Source of the DNA: an uncultured Pirellulaceae bacterium
GTDB lineage: Bacteria > Planctomycetota > Planctomycetia > Pirellulales > Pirellulaceae
Reading direction: 5' to 3'
Assembly: GCA_937941455.1 (NCBI GenBank)
Contig: CALDHM010000022.1
Coordinates: forward strand, 76,335 to 140,334
DNA length: 64,000 bases
The position numbers and the translations under genes were made by a program. Positions within the stretch are counted from its first letter, which is position 1. Every line of letters begins with the position of its first letter. Below are positions 29,584 through 38,632 of the stretch, in pieces. The notes beneath the pieces are model-generated. The model had not been told where the DNA came from and made no database searches. It saw only the letters and a program-made list of their open reading frames with translations.

Positions 29584-29614
29584 TCGATTTCCCAGTTCGC
29601 GCGAACATTCGGAT
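29584..29614 (+). repeat. 31-nt direct repeat, copy 1 (contains the 12-nt perfect palindrome GTTCGCGCGAAC)
   Basis: TCGATTTCCCAGTTCGCGCGAACATTCGGAT is identical at 30 of 31 positions to 29659-29689. Confidence 0.85.
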
Positions 29615-29658
29615 CTTGATCACGATTGTACCAATTGTCATCCTCGATAGGGGGGCAC

Positions 29659-29689
29659 TCGATTTCCCAGTTCGCGTGAACATTCGGAT
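29659..29689 (+). repeat. 31-nt direct repeat, copy 2 (palindrome variant GTTCGCGTGAAC)
   Basis: TCGATTTCCCAGTTCGCGTGAACATTCGGAT lies 75 nt downstream of copy 1. Confidence 0.85.
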
Positions 29690-29751
29690 AAAAACCATCG
29701 TGCAACGTTGCTTGAAACCCGCGTTAAGTTTTGTTCACCAAACTGTCAACA

Positions 29752-29780
29752 AGCTCGTCCACAGCGGCGGGCTTTTTTTT
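29752..29780 (+). terminator. Hairpin plus T8 (rho-independent terminator-like)
   Basis: AGCTCG / 10-nt loop / CGGGCT (6 bp including one G-U pair), immediately followed by TTTTTTTT. It lies about 340 nt downstream of the nearest + strand stop codon. Confidence 0.5.
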
Positions 29781-29999
29781 CAGTCAGCAGCTAACCCCCA
29801 AACTGTCACCCGTTGGGCTTTAGTCGGCCGTTCTCGAGACAATCTGACCCTAGCGGGTTCGGGCGATCTGTTTGGGGACGACGGCTAGGCCCTTCGCCGC
29901 ACTGATGGATTCAAGTTCGAATTCTAGATAGACTCAAGGGTTTCGCCGTAGGGGATATCCCCCGTCCCGCACCCACGACAGTTTTTAAGAAGGCAGAGC

Positions 30000-31700
30000 A
30001 TGTCCCACAGGTTGTCAAGCTATCATCGCGGTCAATCGTATCTTGTTGTCACGCAATCGTCGGCAGTCTCCTGCGTAGGAAGGGATAAAGTCGTTCCAGA
30101 GACGTGGGCGCGCGATCAATGGCGAAGACTAGCGGCACATTTCTTCTCTCCTGCAGTTCTTCTTGGCCTAATCCCGATTTTTTGGGTCCCAACGGCCTGC
30201 GGCCAAACGGCTCAACACGAGGATTTTTATGTGGTGGCCTATAACGTAGAAAATCTTTTCGATCTCGATGGAATCTCCCTGTTCGACGACTACCGCGCGG
30301 AAAAGTACGGCCCGAAGCACTTATTGAGAAAGTTGCAGAATTTGGCCAGCTTGCTGAAAACCGTCAACGGCGGAAAAGGCCCCGACATCATCCTCTTCCA
30401 AGAAATCGAGGCCGACCAGACGCCGAAATCTGGGCCTTTCGACTATCGCGGCTTTCTCAAAAAGTACGCTTTGACGAGTCTCGAACAAATGCTGACATCG
30501 AAAACGCTCTCCGATGAAATCAAGGACTTGCCAGCCGAGGCGTGGTTGCTCAAGGCGCTGTCTGACTCGGGGCTGGGGGAGTTCAATGTGGCGGTCGCGG
30601 AATTTCGGCCCGATCCCACACGGACTGTCGCACACGTCAACGCAACGTTTTCGAAATTTCCCATCGTCGAAACTCGGACACACCAAAGCAACGGGGCGCG
30701 AGGAGCCTTGGAGGTCGTCCACAAAATTGACGGCCATCGACTGCACACATTTAACAATCACTGGAAATCGGGAGCGACTGACCCCGAATCCGAGAAAATT
30801 CGTCTGGGTAATGCCCAGGTCGTGCGCGATCGTTTGGCAAGTATACTCACCGAAAATCCGGCCGCCGACATCATTTTGGGAGGTGACTTCAATTCGCAAT
30901 ACAACCAGAGCCAAGCCGTCCCTGCTCTGACAAAAACGGCGCTCAACGACATTTTAGGATCGCGCGGCGATGAGGCCGCGATGGTGTCGGACCAAGAAAT
31001 CGTACTCTACAACCTGTGGTATGAGTTACCCGTCGAGCAACGTGGTAGCGATGTCTACCGCGACCAATGGGGTACATTGATGCAATTGATCATTTCCCGT
31101 GGCCTCTACAACCAGCATGGTATCCAATACCACGACAACAGTTTTGGCGTCTTGGCCGTCGAGGGACTTAATGCCCAGCGCGGCACTGGGATGCCGATCC
31201 GCTGGGTCTTTGGCGAGGACGATGGCGGAGGATTTTCCGACCATTTGCCGATTTACGCTCGGTTTCATGTGGTCAACGTCAATGCACCTCGTCGGTACAT
31301 CGAAATCCAATCGCCCGGCAACGAAGCGACGGGGACTGCCAAACTTCGCTGGGTCGACTACAAGGCCGCACTGAAGGTCGAACATCCGTCAGTTCACGAT
31401 TTGGCTGGCGACAATGAGATCAAAGACTTTAGTAAATTGGGCCATATTTTTCGTGTCAAAGGAAAAGTTTCCGGCGAAAAGCCGCTGCGGATTCGCATTT
31501 TCGAGGACGACTACAACCTCTGGGCTTTCGACGTCGAAATGCGGCGGGCGATTTACGCCAAATTGACGGTTGGAGCGGAATTCGACATCATCGCCGAACT
31601 GGGAATCCATGAGGGCCAATGGCAATTCGTGATTCGCGACTTGGCATGGCTGGCTCCGGCCGATGCGAGCGCGCAATCGACAGACCAAATGAACCGGTAG
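30000..31700 (+). CDS. Secreted endonuclease/exonuclease/phosphatase (EEP) family protein with C-terminal OB-like extension
   Basis: EEP blocks VVAYNVENLFD, ILFQEIE, NNHWKS, LGGDFNS, SDHLPIYARF. A signal-like helix sits about 45 codons in, so the true start may be an internal non-ATG codon. Confidence 0.8.
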   Translation: MSHRLSSYHRGQSYLVVTQSSAVSCVGRDKVVPETWARDQWRRLAAHFFSPAVLLGLIPIFWVPTACGQTAQHEDFYVVAYNVENLFDLDGISLFDDYRAEKYGPKHLLRKLQNLASLLKTVNGGKGPDIILFQEIEADQTPKSGPFDYRGFLKKYALTSLEQMLTSKTLSDEIKDLPAEAWLLKALSDSGLGEFNVAVAEFRPDPTRTVAHVNATFSKFPIVETRTHQSNGARGALEVVHKIDGHRLHTFNNHWKSGATDPESEKIRLGNAQVVRDRLASILTENPAADIILGGDFNSQYNQSQAVPALTKTALNDILGSRGDEAAMVSDQEIVLYNLWYELPVEQRGSDVYRDQWGTLMQLIISRGLYNQHGIQYHDNSFGVLAVEGLNAQRGTGMPIRWVFGEDDGGGFSDHLPIYARFHVVNVNAPRRYIEIQSPGNEATGTAKLRWVDYKAALKVEHPSVHDLAGDNEIKDFSKLGHIFRVKGKVSGEKPLRIRIFEDDYNLWAFDVEMRRAIYAKLTVGAEFDIIAELGIHEGQWQFVIRDLAWLAPADASAQSTDQMNR

Positions 31701-31711
31701 CCGATTGCTGC

Positions 31712-32494
31712 TCAGCCGCCAAACAAACGGCGGGCGACCTCCAAACCCGATAGAGCCACGGTCAGCAACAGCAGTCGATAAATCCAAACGGCGATGTTCG
31801 GGACTCGCCGCACGAGCCATACAGCGACGAACGCCCCGGCCGTTTGGAAGAGGGCTAAGGTCAGTCCCAATTGGTAATGGATTTGATTTTGCCAAGCAAA
31901 AATAATGAGCGATGGAACGGACAGCGCCGCCGTTATCGTCAACTTGATCGCGTTGGCATCTTTCAAACTGTACCGCGCCGCCAACACCAGCCCGGCCAGA
32001 AGAAAAATCCCCACGCCGGCCTGGATGAAGCCACCGTAGAATCCGATAGCGGTGAATACGGCGATGCTGGTTGGGCTGCGCATTCGCTGAGGATCCTGCA
32101 CCGAATCCTTGAGCCACCGAGTCGGATTGATCAACAACACTAGGAACATCACGAACATCAAAATCGCAATTGCGGCCAACATCACTTGCTCATTGGCGCG
32201 AACGGCCACGCTAGCGCCGAGGATTGCGCCGGCAATTGCTGGAATCACGACCCATTGCGAGGCATTGAAAACGGATTTCTTCTCGCGCCACATGGCTGTC
32301 GCAGCGGCAAAACTTTGCATAAACGCGCCGATGCGATTGGTGCCGTTGGCCAAGGTCGGGGGAAGCCCGCATACGAAAATCAACACGGGCAGGGTCACCA
32401 GCGATCCACTGCCGGCAAGCGTATTGACGATTCCCGTCAACAAACCCACCGCAGCCAAAATCAACCAGTCGGTGGCGGTGAGCGATTCAAGCAA
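31712..32494 (-). CDS. TauE/SafE (DUF81) family anion exporter
   Basis: About 8 TM helices with the two-fold repeated G-rich helices typical of DUF81 (GLLTGIVNTLAGSGS..., GFYGGFIQAGVG). Confidence 0.8.
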   Translation of the reverse strand: MLESLTATDWLILAAVGLLTGIVNTLAGSGSLVTLPVLIFVCGLPPTLANGTNRIGAFMQSFAAATAMWREKKSVFNASQWVVIPAIAGAILGASVAVRANEQVMLAAIAILMFVMFLVLLINPTRWLKDSVQDPQRMRSPTSIAVFTAIGFYGGFIQAGVGIFLLAGLVLAARYSLKDANAIKLTITAALSVPSLIIFAWQNQIHYQLGLTLALFQTAGAFVAVWLVRRVPNIAVWIYRLLLLTVALSGLEVARRLFGG

Positions 32495-32757
32495 CGGAGC
32501 GACCTCAGCTAAGATTTTGTGTGCGACGATTTCGTCGACTCGAAATCGCCCAGCCTTCCCTACCCGCCACGTCCGCTCGAGCCGCGTATCTGGACACCAT
32601 TTCCAGGCGACCGATGCCGTTTATCGCGTTGAAAGAATCGTTGCGTCATTGCCGCTCCTTCCTTCGCTGATCTCGAACCCCAAAAGGATGATGGAATCAG
32701 GTTGGCATGAACAGGAGTACTTGGACCGGCAGCGATCACACACCGAGACAGTACCGC

Positions 32758-33375
32758 TCATTCCGAAAACAAAGCGCGGAGCGTGATCCGTGACCAAGTC
32801 TCGAAAGCGTCGATGTCCGCCAAAATCTCCGACACGGGGAGGAAGCCGCCCAGTGCAATCCCGCTTTCCCGCGACTCGATTTTCGGAGACTCCAGGTCGA
32901 ACAAATGGACGATGCCTAGATGGACGCGGCCAACCGGGGTTTCATCATCGTTAATCAGTCCCACAATTTGCTCCGTAAACGGAGAGCCGACGGAAATTTC
33001 CTCCGCCAGCTCGCGCTGCAATCCCTCCCGATACGCGGCGCTGCCCTCACCGTCCATTCTCGAGATGTGGCCGCCGACTCCGATACTCTTCAATGAATGG
33101 AGTCGAGTCTCGCCACCCTTGCCCCTCGTGTACTGAAAAATACTTGTTTTGCCCCGCTCATCCCGATGGCGGAAAACGCAATACGGGATCAGTTGTTTGA
33201 ACGAAGGATCCTGTTCCATTTCATCCCGCGGCAGATAACGAACCTGGCTCGGCTCGAGCAATTTCTCGAGATAATCGTCGACACCATAGTGGAAGCCTTG
33301 GAAATACCCCAAGGATCGAAATAATGCCGTAGGAACAACCAGGACGTGTTCGACTTGAGTCAGCACCATCGTCAA
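32758..33375 (-). CDS. NUDIX-family hydrolase with N-terminal extension
   Basis: Nudix-box-like GGHI...REGLQRELAEEISV with a longer than usual spacer. Confidence 0.65.
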   Translation of the reverse strand: MTMVLTQVEHVLVVPTALFRSLGYFQGFHYGVDDYLEKLLEPSQVRYLPRDEMEQDPSFKQLIPYCVFRHRDERGKTSIFQYTRGKGGETRLHSLKSIGVGGHISRMDGEGSAAYREGLQRELAEEISVGSPFTEQIVGLINDDETPVGRVHLGIVHLFDLESPKIESRESGIALGGFLPVSEILADIDAFETWSRITLRALFSE

Positions 33376-33747
33376 CTCCCTTTACGAGACATCAATGAGC
33401 TTTTCCCTAATTTTAACTGCTGGTCGCCGACGTCATCAACCAGCCTGGTGGCGAAATCATTTTTTGTTGAATTTCGGGAGCGCTGGGTTAGAGTCGTGGC
33501 TACAAAAAAAAACCTGCGCCTACGGAAAAGTTGTTCACGACAATTGGTCGCACATTCAGCAACACCATTGACGCAAGTGAGCTTCGCCCTTAACGTAGCT
33601 TCCGCAAACGTTGTCGATTACTCTTGTTTTGGTGGTGATCGGCCTTTTTTTTCGGCATACGAATTGCGGGAAAACACCCCGACCGATCATGGCTTCTTTT
33701 TTTTGTTGACCTGTCGGCCGAATCGAGGCGTGCCACAACCAACGCTG

Positions 33748-35370
33748 ATGGATATTGTCAAAATCAACTCCGAGCGGCTACGCCGTCGCACCTTTGCGAT
33801 CATCTCCCATCCCGACGCGGGCAAAACGACGCTGACCGAAAAATTGCTGTTGTATGGTGGGTCAATCGAAGTTGCCGGAGCCGTACGCGGCCGCAAATCT
33901 CAGCGAGCGGTGAAATCCGATTGGATGGAGCTGGAAAAGCAGCGGGGGATCTCGGTGAGTTCCACCGTATTGACATTTGAATACGCGGGCAAGCAATTCA
34001 ATTTGCTGGACACGCCTGGCCACCATGATTTCAGCGAAGACACCTATCGGACCTTGATGGCCGCCGATGTGGCCGTCATGGTGATCGATGCGGCCAAAGG
34101 AATCGAAACTCAAACTGAAAAGCTGTTCCGGGTCTGCGCGGCCCGCAAAATCCCCGTCGTCACTTTTGTCAACAAGATCGATCGCCCCGGTCCGGTTCCC
34201 TTGGAAATCGTCGCTGGCATCGAGAAAGAGTTTTCCATCGAGGCCATCCCGGTGAATTGGCCAGTCAGCAGTCCGTTGAGCTTCATCGGCATCGTCGACT
34301 TGGCCGCGCGGCAGCTCCATCAATTTTTAGACCGCTCGGGCGACATCCGCGGCGAGACGGCAATTCGAGATTGGCCAACATTTGCCCAGCAACCGCAGGC
34401 CTACGACGACCAACCGCTCAACCAGCGGGCGATCCAAACGGCAGCCGAGGAAATCGATTTGCTCGATCTGGCCGGGCATCAGCTCCAGCGCGATTTATTC
34501 CTCCGGGGCAAACAAACACCCGTATTTTTTGGGAGTGCGTTGACGAATTACGGTATCGAGCTGTTCCTCAAGGGCTTCATCGACATCTGCCCGCCACCGG
34601 GCGAAAATCCCGAGTTGCTGAGCATCGAACAGCGAGAACATGCGGATTTCGCCGGCTTTGTGTTCAAGATTCAGGCGAATCTCGATCCGCAGCACCGCGA
34701 TCGGGTGGCTTTTGTGCGGATTTGCACTGGCCGATTCGAACGCGATATGGATGTGGTCGTGGCCCGCTCGGGGAACCGTGTCCGCTTGCCACGAGCCCTA
34801 AAGATTTTCGGACGCGAACGTCAGACAATGGACGAAGCCTATCCAGGTGACATCATCGGCGTGGTCTGCCCTGGTGAAATCCGACTGGGTGACACGCTGT
34901 ATCAAGGGAACCCGATCGAATTTCAAGGCGTTCCGCAATTTTCCCCGGAAGTCTTTGCGAGGGTCACCTGCCCCGATACGTCGCGGCGGAAACAATTCGA
35001 TCGCGGCATTCAGCAATTGGTCGAGGAAGGAGCCATTCAGATGTTCCGCAGCGTGGGGCGCGTGAAGGAAACGATTTTGGCGGCAGTCGGCGAGTTGCAA
35101 TTCGATGTCGTCCAATTTCGACTCGAATCGGAATATAACGCCCCATCGCGCATCGAATGGCTTCCTTATAAAATCGCCCGCTGGTGGCGCGGCAAAAATG
35201 GCGGCGATACGCCCCCCAAGACCCCCTACAGCGCCCGCTTGGTGGTCGACGGCTACGGTAGCCCCGCGGTGTTGATGCAGACGCAGTGGGACTTAAAAAC
35301 CCTGTTGGCCGATAACCCCGACTACGAATTTTCAGAAATTCAGGAATCTCGGGCACTCATGGAACGGTGA
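33748..35370 (+). CDS. prfC: Peptide chain release factor 3
   Basis: RRTFAIISHPDAGKTTLTEKLLLYGG, DTPGHHDFSEDTYR, NKIDR GTPase motifs, and an RF3-length product of 540 aa. ATG at 33748; the upstream 134 codons in the ORF track are not RF3-like. Confidence 0.9.
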   Translation: MDIVKINSERLRRRTFAIISHPDAGKTTLTEKLLLYGGSIEVAGAVRGRKSQRAVKSDWMELEKQRGISVSSTVLTFEYAGKQFNLLDTPGHHDFSEDTYRTLMAADVAVMVIDAAKGIETQTEKLFRVCAARKIPVVTFVNKIDRPGPVPLEIVAGIEKEFSIEAIPVNWPVSSPLSFIGIVDLAARQLHQFLDRSGDIRGETAIRDWPTFAQQPQAYDDQPLNQRAIQTAAEEIDLLDLAGHQLQRDLFLRGKQTPVFFGSALTNYGIELFLKGFIDICPPPGENPELLSIEQREHADFAGFVFKIQANLDPQHRDRVAFVRICTGRFERDMDVVVARSGNRVRLPRALKIFGRERQTMDEAYPGDIIGVVCPGEIRLGDTLYQGNPIEFQGVPQFSPEVFARVTCPDTSRRKQFDRGIQQLVEEGAIQMFRSVGRVKETILAAVGELQFDVVQFRLESEYNAPSRIEWLPYKIARWWRGKNGGDTPPKTPYSARLVVDGYGSPAVLMQTQWDLKTLLADNPDYEFSEIQESRALMER

Positions 35371-35525
35371 CCGTTACCCGCTCGATCCTGCCAAACTGAT
35401 ACGGCTCCGACAATCTTTCCTTTTCGCTGACGCTAATTAATGATTAGAATGATGGGCGTATGAGCGTCCATCGGCGGGGAGATTTCAGAAACGAATTTCG
35501 ATGCCCGGCGCCAGGGGGGGGGAAG

Positions 35526-36449
35526 ATGAAACGGTACCGCTGCCACAACTCGCAGGGATTCACCTTACTGGAACTCTTGGTCGTCATCGCCATCATTGGC
35601 ATCTTGGTGGGGCTGCTGTTGCCGGCCGTTCAATCGGTTCGAGAAAGCGGGCGGCGCACGCAATGCCTGAACCACGTCAAGCAAATTTCTCTGGCGATGC
35701 TCGCTTGGGAAGATGCCAACAAATCACTGCCGCCAGGTTTCACATTCCCTCAGCAAGCGATGTGGTCGGCCTACATTCTTCCCCACCTGGAGCAAACCAA
35801 CCTCTATCAAACCCTCAATCTGAACGGTCCATGGGCTTACGTCATCAACGCCAATGCATCAGCTTGCGCAACGTTTATCCCGGTTTATCAATGTCCATCG
35901 TCGAGCATTCCTCAGCACGTTCCAGACGCTCAGGGAATTGATCAGCGGGTCCCATCGTCCTATTTGGCATGCGCCAGTGGCACCAATGATCGCGAGTCAG
36001 GTTCTCGACCTTTCGTGGGCGAGGTGGCGGGGAGCGACGGGCTGTTCATGATGAACCGGCGTATCAAGTTGCGTGAAATTCTCGACGGTCAATCGCAGAC
36101 CGTTTTGGTAGGCGAATCGCTGTTCGCGTTCGAGCATGAAGGGATCGACTTTTCGGGAAACCCGCAAGTCGTCGATCATTGGTACATCGGTTCGGCCGAA
36201 CTCGACCTGTCCGTGCCCTCGACGGAAGCCTCCGAGTGCCTGGGTACGACCGCCTGCCGTGTGAACGCCTTCAAAGATTCGGCGTCGCCCATCAACCATC
36301 TGGAACTCGGCTTCAGTAGCCGACATCCGGGTGGTGCGGTGATCGGATTCGCTGATGGACATCTTTCGTTCACGGCCGAACAGATTGATTTGGCCATTTG
36401 GCGCGGATTGGGAACTCGGGATCAGCGTGAGGTGGTCGGCGATTTTTGA
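35526..36449 (+). CDS. DUF1559 protein with prepilin-type N-terminal methylation segment (second paralogue)
   Basis: QGFTLLELLVVIAIIGILVGLLLPAVQSVRESGRRTQCLNHVKQI, and a C-terminal SRHPGGAVIGFADGH end motif. Confidence 0.9.
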   Translation: MKRYRCHNSQGFTLLELLVVIAIIGILVGLLLPAVQSVRESGRRTQCLNHVKQISLAMLAWEDANKSLPPGFTFPQQAMWSAYILPHLEQTNLYQTLNLNGPWAYVINANASACATFIPVYQCPSSSIPQHVPDAQGIDQRVPSSYLACASGTNDRESGSRPFVGEVAGSDGLFMMNRRIKLREILDGQSQTVLVGESLFAFEHEGIDFSGNPQVVDHWYIGSAELDLSVPSTEASECLGTTACRVNAFKDSASPINHLELGFSSRHPGGAVIGFADGHLSFTAEQIDLAIWRGLGTRDQREVVGDF

Positions 36450-36903
36450 CCGGTTCGCCCGCAAGTCTCGGCGACGGCCCTCCCCCCGACCTCGCTGCGT
36501 TCGGCCACGTTCCTCTCGAGTGGCTTATCTCTTCGTTGGCGAGCATGTTCGATGTGGAAATTCCAACCCCTGAAAAATGGCAAGTATTCAGCGGGCTAAA
36601 TAACCCACGAACGTGTCGCAACCTTCCCGCTTGCCGCCGTCGCCGGGCTGTGGTCAAGCTCCAATTTTGGTTGTGCCCCAGTCTGGCGACGGTTGGCAAC
36701 CTAACTTGACGGAAATGTTTCGAAACTGATACCAACCCCGCGGCAGGGGGCGTATCCTTGAATTGTTCCACTCACCGCATACGAGAGTCGGCCGACGAAA
36801 GCCGGAAAGGTTAAGAATTTCCGATCGCCTTGTCGTATCTCCAGGTTCGCGATAGCTTGATGCGATTGCCCATCGTGTAAATCGCTCATTGCAAGCGCCC
36901 CCA

Positions 36904-37755
36904 ATGATTCTCGACGATATTTCATGGTCTTTTTTGGCTGGTTTGATCGGCTTGGGGTTCGCCGTTGGCATCATGACCGGGATTTTTGGAGTTGGCGGTG
37001 CTTTTTTGCTGGTCCCATTTTTGATCAGCTTGTTTCGAGTTGAGCCATCCTTGGCGATCGGCACAACCATGGCATTGTCGCTGGTCACGGGCGCCTACGG
37101 GTTTGTCGGGCACCTGCGGCTGCGGAACGTCGAGCCGATTTCGATGGCCACACTAGGGATCACCTCTGCCGCGGCGACGGTCGCGGGTAAGTTGTTGCAG
37201 AACTTGTTGAAGCAGGTGACTGGTGCTGCTTTCGATTTTTCGATGAAAATTTTACTGGTGCTGATCCTCGTTCCAATGGCGGCGTTGACATGGATCACGG
37301 CGAAACAAGACGTCAAACCATTCTTGAATCACCGCTGGCTCAAAATTCCGCCGCTGATTCACCTGCATCGGGCTGCACTGACCGATGTCAGCCTGTCAGC
37401 GTTGGTGCTGTGCGGCATCGGCGTGGGCTTGCTCAAAGGGATGACTGCGATCGGAGCCGGGATTGTGATCGTGCCGATCCTGATCTGGGTCGTCGGCTTG
37501 CCGCCGCTGATGGCCGTCGGGACGAGTTTAGGGGCGATCATCATCAGCTCGATCGCTGGCGTGATCGCTTATTCCGTCGCGGGTGAAATCGAGTGGCGAT
37601 ACGTTGCGGCATTACTCGTCGGCGGATTGGCTGGCACGTCCGTAGGGTTATCGATCGTGCGGCGATTGAATAACGCGAGCGTCAAACGATACTTCCCACT
37701 GATCCTGATTTTGGTAGCCATCATGATGCTGGTGGAGTTGGTGCGAGCTTCCTAG
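36904..37755 (+). CDS. TauE/SafE (DUF81) family anion exporter (second copy)
   Basis: Polytopic, with GIMTGIFGVGGAFLLVP and GLLKGMTAIGAGIVIVP repeats. Its 3' end overlaps the convergent methyltransferase gene by 35 nt. Confidence 0.8.
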   Translation: MILDDISWSFLAGLIGLGFAVGIMTGIFGVGGAFLLVPFLISLFRVEPSLAIGTTMALSLVTGAYGFVGHLRLRNVEPISMATLGITSAAATVAGKLLQNLLKQVTGAAFDFSMKILLVLILVPMAALTWITAKQDVKPFLNHRWLKIPPLIHLHRAALTDVSLSALVLCGIGVGLLKGMTAIGAGIVIVPILIWVVGLPPLMAVGTSLGAIIISSIAGVIAYSVAGEIEWRYVAALLVGGLAGTSVGLSIVRRLNNASVKRYFPLILILVAIMMLVELVRAS

Positions 37756-38632
37756 GTTTCTCGCATTCCACGAACAGCGAATCGGGCTTGAACACCCGGC
37801 CTTGGCAGGCGTCCAAATTGAATGTTCCGAAGTCGGCGATGCGGCTGTCGATCGCCGAGCAACATTCGAATTGGACGAAACCGATCGATTCGCAAAGTTG
37901 CCGCAACGAATATCGGTCATACATCCAGCGGTGAATCTCGCCGTTTTTGCGGAAAATCGCTTCATCGAAGGTCCGGAGAACCTGCTTCCCCATCAGCCAC
38001 TTGATCAATCGTCGGCACACTCGCTCTCGCCAACGACTTGAACCTGCGGTCTGTGCGACCATCGTCCTGGGCGTGGTGGCTGATTCGACTTGTTTGTTTT
38101 GGCGACAGTAATCCAGCTCGGCACCGATCCGCGAGCGGACGAATTTTTCGCGGTCCGGTTGCAATTCGGCCATGTAGCGCCCCATCATGCCGCCGGACTG
38201 TTGTCGAACCATTTGATCGAGGAGTTCAAGCTTGATCCAAGCGTACCGCGATTCAGCCTCCGCCTCGCGATCCCACGCCTTCCGGTGCAAGTTCAGATAC
38301 AGTTTCGCAATTCGCTCGAGGTCGGGCACGACGATCCGCAAGATTCCCCCGGGTTTCAACACGCGAAAACACTCCTCGACCAATCGGCGACCATCGTCGG
38401 GAGCGAAATGCTCGAGGACGTGCGAATGATAAACGGCGTCGAACGTGTTGTCGGCAAAGGGCAAACCCTGCGACACGTCGCAAGGGATCACTAGTGGGTC
38501 GTTCGCCACCAAATCGAGATTCAGCCAATCCGCGTGAAACCGCCGACCGCAGCCGATATTCAAGCGAGCCACGGCTCCGGAATTCGGCCGGGACAGCGCG
38601 CGAGTGCGATCGAAATGCGCCAAGTGGTTCAT
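37721..38632 (-). CDS. Class I SAM-dependent methyltransferase
   Basis: LNIGCGRRFHADWLNLD, AVYHSHVLEHF, LKPGGILRIVVPD. Its ATG at 38632 overlaps the TGA of the upstream TylF-like gene (ATGA). Confidence 0.8.
   Translation of the reverse strand: MNHLAHFDRTRALSRPNSGAVARLNIGCGRRFHADWLNLDLVANDPLVIPCDVSQGLPFADNTFDAVYHSHVLEHFAPDDGRRLVEECFRVLKPGGILRIVVPDLERIAKLYLNLHRKAWDREAEAESRYAWIKLELLDQMVRQQSGGMMGRYMAELQPDREKFVRSRIGAELDYCRQNKQVESATTPRTMVAQTAGSSRWRERVCRRLIKWLMGKQVLRTFDEAIFRKNGEIHRWMYDRYSLRQLCESIGFVQFECCSAIDSRIADFGTFNLDACQGRVFKPDSLFVECEKPRKLAPTPPAS

Noticed and set aside
33346-33747. The ORF track shows N-terminal extensions of prfC (33346), pyrF (11498), the class I methyltransferase (38968), the RidA gene (15952), kynureninase (18930) and others.
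   Set aside because: The extensions have no family similarity. They overlap upstream genes or promoters, and internal ATGs restore canonical protein lengths, often with ATGA stop-start overlaps.
35514-35522. A G9 homopolymer lies 3 nt upstream of the second DUF1559 ATG. It could be a phase-variation tract.
   Set aside because: G8-G9 (or C9) runs are frequent in this window inside ordinary genes, where they encode Gly-Gly-Gly (for example near 28756, 39051, 44071, 57011, 57661 and 59959). This one also doubles as a plausible purine-rich ribosome-binding site. Length polymorphism would need read-level evidence.
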